Positions 49,586 to 58,955 of a stretch of DNA of 60,005 nt are shown here, piece after piece. Within the stretch, counting starts at the first letter, position 1; every line of letters starts with the position of its first letter. Source of the DNA: Candidatus Niyogibacteria bacterium (GTDB lineage: Bacteria; Patescibacteriota; Minisyncoccia; HO2-45-28). Location of the stretch: contig JACOYI010000006.1 in assembly GCA_016181935.1 (NCBI GenBank), positions 1-60,005 on the forward strand, written 5' to 3'. The position numbers were made by a program, and so were the translations under genes. Under the pieces are notes generated by a model, which had not been told where the DNA came from, did no database searches, and saw only the letters and a list, made by a program, of their open reading frames with translations.

Positions 49586-51735
49586 CAAGCGCCCGCCATC
49601 TCTTGGGCTTGGGCAAGTTTGAGCGACAAAAGGCGCGAAATGCCGTCCGCTCCGGCTGTTACGCCATAGAGGATCCCCGCTCTTTGCATGGTTTGGCGGT
49701 TATGCGTGATGGTGATGATCTGGGTCGAGCGCGAAAGTTCTTTCAACATGTCGCCATAGCGCGCGGAATTCGCCTCATCGAGCGCCGCATCGGTTTCATC
49801 CAAGACCAAAAAAGGCGGGGGTGAAACCGCCGAGAGCGCAAAAAGAAGAGCAACCGCTGTAAGCGACCGTTCGCCGCCCGACAACATTTCAAGACCGCGG
49901 ATCTTTTTGCGCGGAAGGGCGACATCAATATGAACGCCGCCTTCTTGGCGCGGTGCGTCCTCATTGTCGGACGCGAGCGGCGAGCGCTCGCGAAGAACTG
50001 CGAGCGCCGCATGCCCGCCGCCGAACATCAATTGAAAAAACCGGTCGAACTCGGTGTTGATCTTCTGGATCCCGCGCGAAAAATCGCCCTCGATCTTTTC
50101 CGCGAGCTCCCGCGATACCCCCCGCAGCTGCTTCGCGCTCGCTACCAGATCCGCAAGCTCCCGCTCGAAAAATTGAACGCGCGTTTTCGCATCCTCATAT
50201 TCGCGAAGAACGCCCGTATCCACGCCGCCCGCTTCTTCCAGACGGAATTTAAGGCGGTCGATGTCCTTGCGCATCGCTTCGCGCTCCCCGTCGCGAAACG
50301 CCTCGGCGTCCGGTAAAACAACGATCTCACCCGCCATATGCGCCGCCTCCTGCCGCTCCCGCTCCCATTCCGCCTCGCGGCTTTTTACCATTTCCGCCGC
50401 AAATGCCGCCTGTCGCCTCGCATCCTCCACGTCGCGGCGTCGCGCCTCGAGTGCCGTAAACTCTACCTGCGCCTCGCGGCGCGCTCCCTCCGCTTCTTGA
50501 GCGCGGCCCCACTGTTGTTCCCATTCCGCGGCAAGTCCTGTTTCTTTTTTTGCGATATCCGCGAGTGAGCGCTTCCATTCCGCCACGCGCGCCGTATACG
50601 TTTTTGCGTCAAGCCGCGCCCTCTCCTCGACGACCCGATGCGTCAAAAACGCGCTTAGGCGATCCGTGACCGCCTGAACGATCCCGTGAATTTCGGCAAT
50701 GGAATCGCTCTCCAACGCCGAAGAAAGGTCGTCTTCGGCGCGCACCAACAATTCCTCCACCTCTTCTCTGGGGATCGCCTCATCATCAGGCCTTTGAACC
50801 GACAGGGCGCCTTCCAGCAATCCTTCCGCACGCCCCAATTCACGCTCGCATTCAACGCGTTTCTCCCGGAGCTTCTTTAATTCAGCTTCCAGCGCCAAAA
50901 GCGTCCGGTGGCGCGCGGGGTCGTCGGGTTCTGATTTGCGAAGCTCCGAGAGTTTTTTATTGATCTCCTTTAATTCCGCTTCGCTGTCGCGGGCATTCGC
51001 GGCTTCGCGCTCATGATCAAGCGTCGCGCGCCATCGGCTCAAATAATCGGACGCACGAGCCGCAAGCGCGATTTTGACCTCGGCTGCGCGCTCATATTTT
51101 TCCACGAGCCGTTTTAAATGGTCGAAATGCGGCCGCACCTCGGCGCGGAGCGCTTGAGCGCGGCGCATGTTGTCTTCCGTTTGCTGTAATTTTTTTTCCG
51201 CCTCCTCGCGCCTGTATTGGTATACTTTCAATCCGAGCGATTCCTCGATCATGCTCTGCCGCTCCTTTCTCGACACATAAAGGATCCGGTCGGCCTCGCC
51301 CTGCGAAATGATCGGGTGCTGGGAGATACCAAGCCCCACATGCGCCAAAAGCTCAACGACGTCCTTCAGGCGCACCTCGCTCGAATTCACCAGATACTCC
51401 CCTTTTCCATCGCGATACACGCGCCGGCCGATCGCAACCTCATTGAAATCAACGGGAAAATGTTTCCGTGCATTATCAAAAACCGCCGTCGCCGACGCTT
51501 TGGACAGGCGCGGCGAGGATGCGGAACCGTTAAAGATCAGGTCGTCGCCGCGATGTCCCCGCAAACTCTTGAACGACTGCTCGCCCAACACCCATTGGAT
51601 CGCCTCCACCACATTCGATTTCCCCGAGCCGTTCGGCCCGACGATCGCAACGATCGGCGCATCAAAATCAAACCGCGCGGCTTTTGCGAACGATTTGAAT
51701 CCCGAGAGCTCAAGGCGTTTGAAAATGGAAGACAT
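49585..51735 (-). CDS. smc: Short SMC-family ATPase (716 aa)
   Basis: GFKSF, GPNGSGKSN, LSGGE, LVLDE.DAALD, ITH. Confidence 0.88.
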   Translation of the reverse strand: MSSIFKRLELSGFKSFAKAARFDFDAPIVAIVGPNGSGKSNVVEAIQWVLGEQSFKSLRGHRGDDLIFNGSASSPRLSKASATAVFDNARKHFPVDFNEVAIGRRVYRDGKGEYLVNSSEVRLKDVVELLAHVGLGISQHPIISQGEADRILYVSRKERQSMIEESLGLKVYQYRREEAEKKLQQTEDNMRRAQALRAEVRPHFDHLKRLVEKYERAAEVKIALAARASDYLSRWRATLDHEREAANARDSEAELKEINKKLSELRKSEPDDPARHRTLLALEAELKKLREKRVECERELGRAEGLLEGALSVQRPDDEAIPREEVEELLVRAEDDLSSALESDSIAEIHGIVQAVTDRLSAFLTHRVVEERARLDAKTYTARVAEWKRSLADIAKKETGLAAEWEQQWGRAQEAEGARREAQVEFTALEARRRDVEDARRQAAFAAEMVKSREAEWERERQEAAHMAGEIVVLPDAEAFRDGEREAMRKDIDRLKFRLEEAGGVDTGVLREYEDAKTRVQFFERELADLVASAKQLRGVSRELAEKIEGDFSRGIQKINTEFDRFFQLMFGGGHAALAVLRERSPLASDNEDAPRQEGGVHIDVALPRKKIRGLEMLSGGERSLTAVALLFALSAVSPPPFLVLDETDAALDEANSARYGDMLKELSRSTQIITITHNRQTMQRAGILYGVTAGADGISRLLSLKLAQAQEMAGA

Positions 51736-51852
51736 ATCATTGCGCAAATGCAATTCTCGCGCGGTGCTCGCCCATTATAAGGCCGTTCCGGCCAAATATT
51801 TGTCCCCAGTGCCTACCCCACGCACCGCGCCAAGAATTGCGTTTGCGCTTCC

Positions 51853-52545
51853 TCATTGCCAATCTTTTGCGCGCAATGCATTCTCGGCCGCGTTTTGCTC
51901 CGCGATCTGTTTCGACGGCCCTTCGCCTTCCCCGATGAGTTCCTCGCCGATATACGCGCCCACCACAAAATGCTTGTCATGATCCGGCCCCCATTCCTTT
52001 TGCACGCGATACGCGGGCGTCAGAGCAGCCATTTCCTGCGCCTTTTCCTGAAAAACGCTTTTGGCATCGCGGAATAGTTTCTTTTCCAGAATATCCGCGG
52101 TCTTCGGTATCAGTTGGCGCTGGATGAACGCATCCGCTGCAGGATATCCGCCATCGAGGTACAGCGCCCCCACCAGCGCTTCGAACGCATTCGCCAAAAT
52201 CGAGGCGCGCGCGCGGCCGACGTCTTTCGCTTCCCCGCGCGACAGTAAAACCACGTCATTGATGCCGATCTCCGTCGCGACCGTTGCGAGCATCGATGCG
52301 TTCACCAGCGCCGCGCGAATGCTGGTCAGATCGCCTTCGGGTTTGTCGGGAAAATTCCGGAAAAGATGGTCTGTCACCGCAAGTTCGAGCACCGCATCGC
52401 CCAAAAATTCGAGGCGTTCGTTATGGGGATAGCCCCACGACGGATTTTCATTCAAATACGAACGATGCGTAAGCGCCTCGAAAAGAAGCGCTTGATTCTC
52501 GAACGATATTTTAAGTTTTTTTTCGAATTTTGAGAAATTCGTCAT
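51853..52545 (-). CDS. rnc: Ribonuclease III
   Basis: ALTHRSY, NERLEFLGDAVL, C-terminal dsRBD. Confidence 0.97.
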   Translation of the reverse strand: MTNFSKFEKKLKISFENQALLFEALTHRSYLNENPSWGYPHNERLEFLGDAVLELAVTDHLFRNFPDKPEGDLTSIRAALVNASMLATVATEIGINDVVLLSRGEAKDVGRARASILANAFEALVGALYLDGGYPAADAFIQRQLIPKTADILEKKLFRDAKSVFQEKAQEMAALTPAYRVQKEWGPDHDKHFVVGAYIGEELIGEGEGPSKQIAEQNAAENALRAKDWQ

Positions 52546-53433
52546 TTATGTGATTTCGGCAAGCGCCCGCTCCACCAGCGGCCGGATATCATCGTACATC
52601 TTCAGTTCCGCGGTCTCGCCCGGACGGAACCATCGCACATCATCGAGTCCGCCGGACGTACCGAGTTTCAATTCCGTATCCGGCGTTTCAACCAGGAAAT
52701 AGGTAACGCGGCGGCGCACCGGCCCTTTTTGCGGGTCGGACGCGATATATTCATTGACACCCAGTTCTTTTTTTACGGAAAGATTTTCGACGCCGATCTC
52801 TTCGCGAAGCTCGCGAAGCGTCCCCGATTCCACCGTATCCCCCTCCTCCAGATGGCCTTTCGACAGGGTCCAATAACCGAAAACGTCGTGCACGAACACG
52901 AACCAAACGCCAGCCGCGTCTTTGCGGTAAACAACCGCCCCCCCCAGCGCTTCCACGGGAAGTTTTGAGGGATCGGCCACTTTCTTTTTTTTGCCGGTAT
53001 CGTCTTTGCCGGGCTCGCCCATTTCGCGGTACACCGTGCCCAAAACGCCGTTGACGAACCGGCCGGAGGAATCGCCGCCAAAACTTTTGGCAAGCTCGAT
53101 CGCCTCATTGATCGCAACCTTGGGCGGAACTTCTTTATGGTCTCCGAACAAAAGTTCAAAGAGCCCGATCCGCAAAACGTTGCGGTCAACGATCGCAATT
53201 TGAGCGAGCGGCCATTCGGGCGCCGCTTTCTCGATGATGCCGTCGAGTTTCTTGTTTTTCTTGAGAACGCCCTCGATAAGCGAGCGCGCAAAACCGCCGT
53301 CATCGAGACCGGGCGCGAATTCGTTCATATCGCGCTCGAGAATGCTTTCGATTCGTGAATCGTTGCAACCCCCAAAATCCCATTCGAAGAGGGCTTGCAT
53401 CGCTACGCTACGAGATAGATGTCGATTGGCCAT
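52546..53433 (-). CDS. nusB: NusB fused to a C-terminal NUDIX domain
   Basis: DRNVLR, VAINEAIELAK.FG...S..FVNGVL; then KGHLEEGDTVESGTLRELREEIG. Confidence 0.92.
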   Translation of the reverse strand: MANRHLSRSVAMQALFEWDFGGCNDSRIESILERDMNEFAPGLDDGGFARSLIEGVLKKNKKLDGIIEKAAPEWPLAQIAIVDRNVLRIGLFELLFGDHKEVPPKVAINEAIELAKSFGGDSSGRFVNGVLGTVYREMGEPGKDDTGKKKKVADPSKLPVEALGGAVVYRKDAAGVWFVFVHDVFGYWTLSKGHLEEGDTVESGTLRELREEIGVENLSVKKELGVNEYIASDPQKGPVRRRVTYFLVETPDTELKLGTSGGLDDVRWFRPGETAELKMYDDIRPLVERALAEIT

Positions 53434-53477
53434 GATGTGAAGATTTAAATGTGCGAACGTCCCGAACCGCGGGCGCG

Positions 53478-53705
53478 TTAATGCTGCGCCAATTCTTTTT
53501 CTTTGCGCTTCTTCTCCTTTTTATCGAGCTTCGCAAACACATCGATCGTCTGCCGCCCCTTGTAGGCCCCGCAGTTGGAACAGGCGAACTGGGGAAGTTT
53601 TGGCGTTTTGCATTTGGGGCATACGGTGAGCGTCGACGCCCGCAACGCATGATGCGACCGGCGATTTCCCGTGTGCGAGCGCGTGGAGCGCATCCGATTG
53701 ACCAT
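53478..53705 (-). CDS. rpmF: 50S ribosomal protein L32
   Basis: RRSHHAL, CPKC...C.NCG.YKGR; ATG 6 nt after TATGCT. Confidence 0.93.
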   Translation of the reverse strand: MVNRMRSTRSHTGNRRSHHALRASTLTVCPKCKTPKLPQFACSNCGAYKGRQTIDVFAKLDKKEKKRKEKELAQH

Positions 53706-53741
53706 AGGCACAGCATACCGAATTTGGCGCCCCGCGTCAAC

Positions 53742-53768
53742 AAAAAATCGCGGCCCGTAGGTCGCGAT
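53742..53768 (-). terminator. Intrinsic terminator
   Basis: Minus strand ATCGCGACC-TAC-GGGCCGCGAT-TTTTT. Confidence 0.65.
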
Positions 53769-53771
53769 CCG

Positions 53772-54797
53772 CTACACCAAAAGCTGCTTCTCAATGCCAT
53801 CCGCCGCTTCCTCGTTCCGAGCGGTAGCGGACGCAATGTCATCTAAATCCATGTCCAGCCGGACCATCGCCGACCGCTCCGCATCCGATATCTTGCGGAA
53901 CAGCTGCGAGCATGCCGCCTGCGTGGCGAAGATCGCCGAAAGCGTTTTCTGGCGATCCGCATCGGTATTGAGCCGCGCCGAGTGGACATCCGTGTAAATG
54001 CCGAGAAGCTCGCGCAACGCCTCCAGCCGGCCCCGATTTTCTTCGAAAAATGAAACCGCCTGCTGGGCTTGGAAATACTGTTCTTCGGCATCCATAAGCT
54101 CTCGAGCCAGCATATTCTCGAGCCCGCGGAAACGCTCGCGCAAATCCGCATCCCCCTCTTCCCATTCGTTTTTCCGCGATTTGCACCGCTCAAGCGCATT
54201 TGTGATTTTCGCGAGCCGCGTCCGCGCTTCGATCTCCAGCGCCTTCAGCTGTTCGGTTTGTTCCGCGAACTGTTCCCACGCCGTCTGAACGGCATACTGA
54301 AGTTCGGATGCCTCGGGAAGCTTGGTGAATACTCCACGATTTTTCAACCAGCGAAGCGGCGCTCCCGCCACATAGGGAAGAGCGACAAGGCCGCGCGCGA
54401 ACCCCGTCATCGCAAAAAAAGCGATTTCGAGCGCGCCAAAAAATGCGCGGAACAGTTTGAATGGCCATAGGAGAGTAATGATGCGGTAATATTTTTCTTC
54501 GCCGGACGCATCATATATCGCGACCAAATCTCCCTCCTCCTTCTTCCGCCGGCAAACGGTAAGCAAAAAATGATAACAGCCGGGGTTGGTCACATTGTTT
54601 TCGTCGCTAAATGTGCGCACACGATTCTTCCAGTCCCAATACGCGCACGGAAATAACAGCAATCGGATGCTTTTTTGGAGAACATTCAATTCCTCCGAGG
54701 GCGTCTCCCGCCTCAACTCCCGAAGCGTCAGTTTGCCGAGAAGCCGGCCGATGGCCAGATACGCCGGTATGCCGACGGCAAGCGTCACGAGGTCCAT
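53772..54797 (-). CDS. Hypothetical membrane-anchored coiled-coil protein
   Basis: Strong SD GAAAGGAGG before MDLVTL; hydrophobic N-half, heptad-rich C-half. Confidence 0.7.
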   Translation of the reverse strand: MDLVTLAVGIPAYLAIGRLLGKLTLRELRRETPSEELNVLQKSIRLLLFPCAYWDWKNRVRTFSDENNVTNPGCYHFLLTVCRRKKEEGDLVAIYDASGEEKYYRIITLLWPFKLFRAFFGALEIAFFAMTGFARGLVALPYVAGAPLRWLKNRGVFTKLPEASELQYAVQTAWEQFAEQTEQLKALEIEARTRLAKITNALERCKSRKNEWEEGDADLRERFRGLENMLARELMDAEEQYFQAQQAVSFFEENRGRLEALRELLGIYTDVHSARLNTDADRQKTLSAIFATQAACSQLFRKISDAERSAMVRLDMDLDDIASATARNEEAADGIEKQLLV

Positions 54798-54865
54798 ATG
54801 CCTCCTTTCTTGAGTTTTCAATGACCGTTTGGTTGAATTATGAATATCACAAAAACCCAACCCCG

Positions 54866-55462
54866 TCAATTCGCGTACTTCGCGCAAAATGACCGCCGAT
54901 GCGCGTCGCATAATCCATGCTTACGGATGCGCTCGCGGTGCAATTTGGTGCCATATCCCTTATGAATTTCGAAGCCGTACTGTGGATACTTTTTCGCGAG
55001 GCGCACCATGTACCGGTCGCGGCGGACCTTCGCGATAATGGACGCCGCCGCGATCACTGGCACTTTTTCATCGCCTTTAATGATGGTTTTTTGAGGATAT
55101 TCGGAGGGCGCCGATAAACTGCCATCGAGCAATATGGTTTCGCAGCTCCCGCCCCGCAAACTCGCGTGCTTTTTTAATGCCCGCATAAGCATCCGTCGGA
55201 TGCCGCGACGGATCGCTTTTGCTATCCCCCAGCGGTCGATCGAATGCGGCCCGACCGAGGTTGAACAAAAAAATACGCGCGGCTCGGCCTTGAACTTTGT
55301 AAACCACGCTTCACGCGCACTCGCGCTCAGTTTTTTAGAATCACGAATACCGGCAAAAAGCCGCGCTCCCAAGCGCCGCGGCGCCGCAAACAAAGCGAGC
55401 GTCACCGGCCCTGCAAAAGGCCCGCGCCCTGCTTCGTCCACACCGATAAGCCACTTTCCCAT
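54866..55462 (-). CDS. rnhB: Ribonuclease HII
   Basis: GVDEAGRGP.AGP, DSKKL, KGD, AASIIAKV.RD, HKGYGT. Confidence 0.96.
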   Translation of the reverse strand: MGKWLIGVDEAGRGPFAGPVTLALFAAPRRLGARLFAGIRDSKKLSASAREAWFTKFKAEPRVFFCSTSVGPHSIDRWGIAKAIRRGIRRMLMRALKKHASLRGGSCETILLDGSLSAPSEYPQKTIIKGDEKVPVIAAASIIAKVRRDRYMVRLAKKYPQYGFEIHKGYGTKLHRERIRKHGLCDAHRRSFCAKYAN

Positions 55463-55508
55463 GATCTTTCATATTGTATAGGACTCCGAGGAGGGTATAA
55501 TAGACGCG

Positions 55509-56309
55509 ATGACATACAGAACCCGAACACAGCTTTTCTGGCTTTCCGTCGGCATGTTCATCCTTATTGCGCCTCCGATGCTTTTCTACGCGACCGGCTG
55601 GCGCATCACCTCGGAACTCGATATTGAACGGACCGGCGGCCTCTTCATCGCCGTTCCCGAATCCGGAAGCAAGGTCTATCTCGATGGCGATCTCGAACGC
55701 GAAACAAATTTTTTGCAATCGGGAACACTCATTCAAAACCTGACCCCGCGCAATTATTCCGTGCTTGTCGCCAAGGATGGGTATTGGCCGTGGACAAAAC
55801 AATTGGCGGTTGAAGGCAGCGCGGTCGTCGAGGCAAAAGCGCTTCTCGTGCCGCAAAATGTCGGGGGAACGCCCGTTGCCCGAACTGCCGCAGAATATAA
55901 AGCCGCCATCAACGCCATTGAAAAAGCGAAGCGAAACACCGCGACCTCAACGGAAGAAGCGCGATTCGGGCTTGCCCAGGATCGAAAAGGCCGCGCCGAG
56001 ATCTGGTGGGATTCAGGTCAGCATATCTGGTTCCGGTGGATCTCGGATGCCCCGCTTCCGTATTACACGGACCTGCCGGCAAAGATCCTTTTCCAATCCC
56101 GCTCACCCCTTCACGGCATCGCATTTTATCCGTCGCGCGATGACGTCATTTTGCTTGCGGCCGAAAACAGCATCTTCGCGCTCGAAATCGATGCTCGCGG
56201 CACGCAAAATTTCCAGCCGATCTATAAAGGAGTCGAGCCATCGCTCGCGCGCGTAAATCGCGATATCTATGTGCTGGATCAAGGAATGCTCACCCGAATT
56301 GAACTCTAG
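55509..56309 (+). CDS. Membrane-anchored PEGA-domain protein
   Basis: TM helix, TGGLFI...SKVYLDG...NLTP..Y.V.V.KDGY.PW.K. Confidence 0.75.
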   Translation: MTYRTRTQLFWLSVGMFILIAPPMLFYATGWRITSELDIERTGGLFIAVPESGSKVYLDGDLERETNFLQSGTLIQNLTPRNYSVLVAKDGYWPWTKQLAVEGSAVVEAKALLVPQNVGGTPVARTAAEYKAAINAIEKAKRNTATSTEEARFGLAQDRKGRAEIWWDSGQHIWFRWISDAPLPYYTDLPAKILFQSRSPLHGIAFYPSRDDVILLAAENSIFALEIDARGTQNFQPIYKGVEPSLARVNRDIYVLDQGMLTRIEL

Positions 56310-56393
56310 CTTGACTTTTTATACAGAAATGATATAAGGATTTAGGTCTTTAACACATTGTTTTTGCGCCCCTATCCCTGAAAGGAGATACGC

Positions 56394-57656
56394 ATGGGCA
56401 GGTCCGCGATCGGCAGTGATGCAGTCATGCAGGCGGTTTTGGATGCCTCGAGCGGCAACAGTGCCGTGGATTTTCCGCCTGTTAAGAAGGTGAAAGCGGC
56501 CTTTCAAAGAAGCGGGAGGTCCATCAGCGATCTTTCGCTCCAAAAGTATCTTTCCACGCTCGAGCGCGACGGGTACATTGAACGCGTCCGGGGCGGACCC
56601 CGCGGCAACGAAATCGAGCGCATCGACATTTTGAAGCGCTCGCTTCCCCAAGCGGGGGCGGCGCCAAAATTGCAGGCCGTAAGGCCGCATGCGAAGCAAC
56701 CGCCGAAACAATCAGAAACGACACCGTTGTCGGTGCCAACGAAGCAGACCGATGCGCTGCTTCGTGCCGAAGTCATTGCCCAACAGCGGGCGGCGACGGT
56801 CGCCATTGGAACGCCGCCCTCGTCCAAACCCAAAAACATCGCGCTCCTTGTGGACTGGGAAAATACGTTCCTCGCGGGAACAGTTCGCGGATTTGCGGTC
56901 TCGTTTTCGGGCATCAAGAAATTGGTTCGGGAACAGGGACGCATTCTTTTTGCCGATGTTTTTGTTGACCCGCATACGGTCGAACGCGCGGCAAAGAGCG
57001 GCGCCTCGGATACGCTCCGCTCGCTGTGGGACGCGGGCTATCATGTCATCGCCTGCCCCATGGGCTCCAAAGATGCGGATGCCGTGGATACGATCATGAA
57101 CCAGCGGGCGCGCGATTACCTTGAGCTTGCCGACATCGACATTCTCGTGGTTGTCAGCCGCGATCGGGATTTTCGGGCGCTTTCCGACAAAGCCGCAGAC
57201 CGGGGAAAGCATGTCGTCCTGTTCGACGTAATAAAACACCGCAGTCATGTGGAAGGCGGGGATGCCCACTTTGAACTGGAGAACGGCCGGGAACACATCA
57301 AGCTGGAACGCGCGGCGGAAGCGCTCAAAACAGCGCGGCACGGCGAAACCGCGGAGAGCGAGTACTGGCGAGAGTATCTGGCAGAGATCGTCCGCACGAT
57401 CACCGGCATCAAGGCTCACGGAAAAACGATGCTCTTCCAATCGTTTCCATCCATGCAGGACCAAGTTCAAATGCGTCTGGATTCGCCGTGGAAAAATCAG
57501 TCGGGAAAAATTCTTCGGGTCGCGCTCACGGTGCTGCGCGAAAAGGGCGCCATTCGTCAAATTACGGCAAGAAATGGGGTGCAGTATGTCATAGATCCGC
57601 AAAGCCCCATCGTTCAAAACGCATGTTCCGTCAATTTGCTCGCGTCAGCCGGTTAA
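56394..57656 (+). CDS. NYN (LabA/DUF88, PIN-like) domain protein with N-terminal wHTH-like region
   Basis: LLVDWEN, KD.DAVD, VVSRDRDF...GKHV; SD GAAAGGAG. Confidence 0.8.
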   Translation: MGRSAIGSDAVMQAVLDASSGNSAVDFPPVKKVKAAFQRSGRSISDLSLQKYLSTLERDGYIERVRGGPRGNEIERIDILKRSLPQAGAAPKLQAVRPHAKQPPKQSETTPLSVPTKQTDALLRAEVIAQQRAATVAIGTPPSSKPKNIALLVDWENTFLAGTVRGFAVSFSGIKKLVREQGRILFADVFVDPHTVERAAKSGASDTLRSLWDAGYHVIACPMGSKDADAVDTIMNQRARDYLELADIDILVVVSRDRDFRALSDKAADRGKHVVLFDVIKHRSHVEGGDAHFELENGREHIKLERAAEALKTARHGETAESEYWREYLAEIVRTITGIKAHGKTMLFQSFPSMQDQVQMRLDSPWKNQSGKILRVALTVLREKGAIRQITARNGVQYVIDPQSPIVQNACSVNLLASAG

Positions 57657-57672
57657 CCGGCTGACGTTTTTT
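57643..57672 (+). terminator. Intrinsic terminator overlapping the stop codon
   Basis: CGTCAGCCGG-TTAA-CCGGCTGACG-TTTTTT. Confidence 0.8.
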
Positions 57673-57716
57673 ATTTGACTTTTTGAAAAATTCAGGTTAT
57701 TTTTATTCCACCAGCC

Positions 57717-57747
57717 CCCAAAGGGTACCAAAGGGTAGTCCTTTGGG
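57717..57747. repeat. Degenerate family A remnant
   Basis: CCCAAAGGGTACCAAAGGGTAGTCCTTTGGG. Confidence 0.6.
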
Positions 57748-57765
57748 TGGATAACCTGTGGATAA
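57746..57765 (-). promoter_or_regulatory. Two tandem DnaA-box-like 9-mers upstream of tgt
   Basis: GGTGGATAA (1 mismatch) and TGTGGATAA (perfect reverse complement of TTATCCACA). Confidence 0.45.
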
Positions 57766-57768
57766 AAA

Positions 57769-58917
57769 ATGATATCGTTCAAGATACTCAAGAGATCCTC
57801 TAAAAGCCGCGCGCGGCTCGGACTGTTGCGAACGCCGCACGGCGACATTGAGACACCAGCATTCGTGCCCGTGGCGACGCAAGCGACCGTAAAGGTATTA
57901 AATTCGGAACGCGTTTTAGAAACCGGAACGCAGCTTTTGATCGCCAACACCTATCACCTGCATCTGCGCCCGAATGAAAAAATCATCAAAGCGCACGGCG
58001 GCCTCCATGATTTTATGAATTGGCCACGGCCGTTGATGACCGATTCGGGCGGATTTCAGGTGTTCAGCTTGGGATTCGGCAAAGATTTAGGAGGCAACAA
58101 GATCACGAAAAACCGCGCAACTTGGAAACCGAGTTTCCAAGTTGAAGGCGGCGCCCAGCCGAAACTGTTGAAAATCGGCGAAGACGGCGTGCATTTCCGT
58201 TCGCATATCGACGGCAAGGAACTTTTCATTGGGCCGAAGGAATCCATGCGCATCCAAAAAGCGCTCGGCGCGGATATCATTTTTGCATTCGACGAATGCC
58301 CGCCGCCGCAGGCGACGCGCGAGTATATGAAGCGCTCGATGGACAAAACCCACCGTTGGGCGAAAATCTCACTCGACGAGCACGACCCAAAGCAGGCACT
58401 TTTCGGCATCGTGCAGGGTGGTAAATTCCGCGACCTGCGCATTGAGAGCGCGCGGTTCATCGGCTCGCTCCCCTTTGACGGATTCGGCATCGGCGGCGAA
58501 TTCGGCGCGGATAAAAAGGAAATGTCGCGAATGTTGGGCTGGGTCGCGGATGAATTACCGGAACAAAAACCGCGCCATTTGCTTGGCGTGGGCTATCCCG
58601 AAGATATCGAGCTCGCCGTCCGCGCTGGCATGGATACGTTTGACTGCATCACGCCGACACATTACGCGCGGCGCGGCATGGCCTACACTGGAAAAGGCAT
58701 GCTCGATTTAATGAAGCGTTCCTACGAAAAAGACAAAAAGCCGGTGGATCCGGCCTGCGCCTGCGTCGTCTGCAAAACCTATACGCGCTCCTACATCCAC
58801 CATTTATTGCGCGCCCGCGAAATCACTCCGCTTGAACTTCTCACATTCCACAATCTGCATTTTTTCAACGCGAAGTTGAGAGAGATTCGAGAGAAAATTA
58901 AGAGAGGGAAAATTTAA
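57769..58917 (+). CDS. tgt: tRNA-guanine transglycosylase
   Basis: TPAFVPVAT, NTYHL, TDSGGFQVFSL, FGIVQGG, C.C..C Zn site, HNL. Confidence 0.96.
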   Translation: MISFKILKRSSKSRARLGLLRTPHGDIETPAFVPVATQATVKVLNSERVLETGTQLLIANTYHLHLRPNEKIIKAHGGLHDFMNWPRPLMTDSGGFQVFSLGFGKDLGGNKITKNRATWKPSFQVEGGAQPKLLKIGEDGVHFRSHIDGKELFIGPKESMRIQKALGADIIFAFDECPPPQATREYMKRSMDKTHRWAKISLDEHDPKQALFGIVQGGKFRDLRIESARFIGSLPFDGFGIGGEFGADKKEMSRMLGWVADELPEQKPRHLLGVGYPEDIELAVRAGMDTFDCITPTHYARRGMAYTGKGMLDLMKRSYEKDKKPVDPACACVVCKTYTRSYIHHLLRAREITPLELLTFHNLHFFNAKLREIREKIKRGKI

Positions 58918-58955
58918 CTCATAAAAAATAGCCGCTCCATCAGCTGACGGATCGG

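Noticed and set aside
57746..57765. Replication origin
   Set aside because: Only two boxes, no dnaA/dnaN nearby and no clear unwinding element
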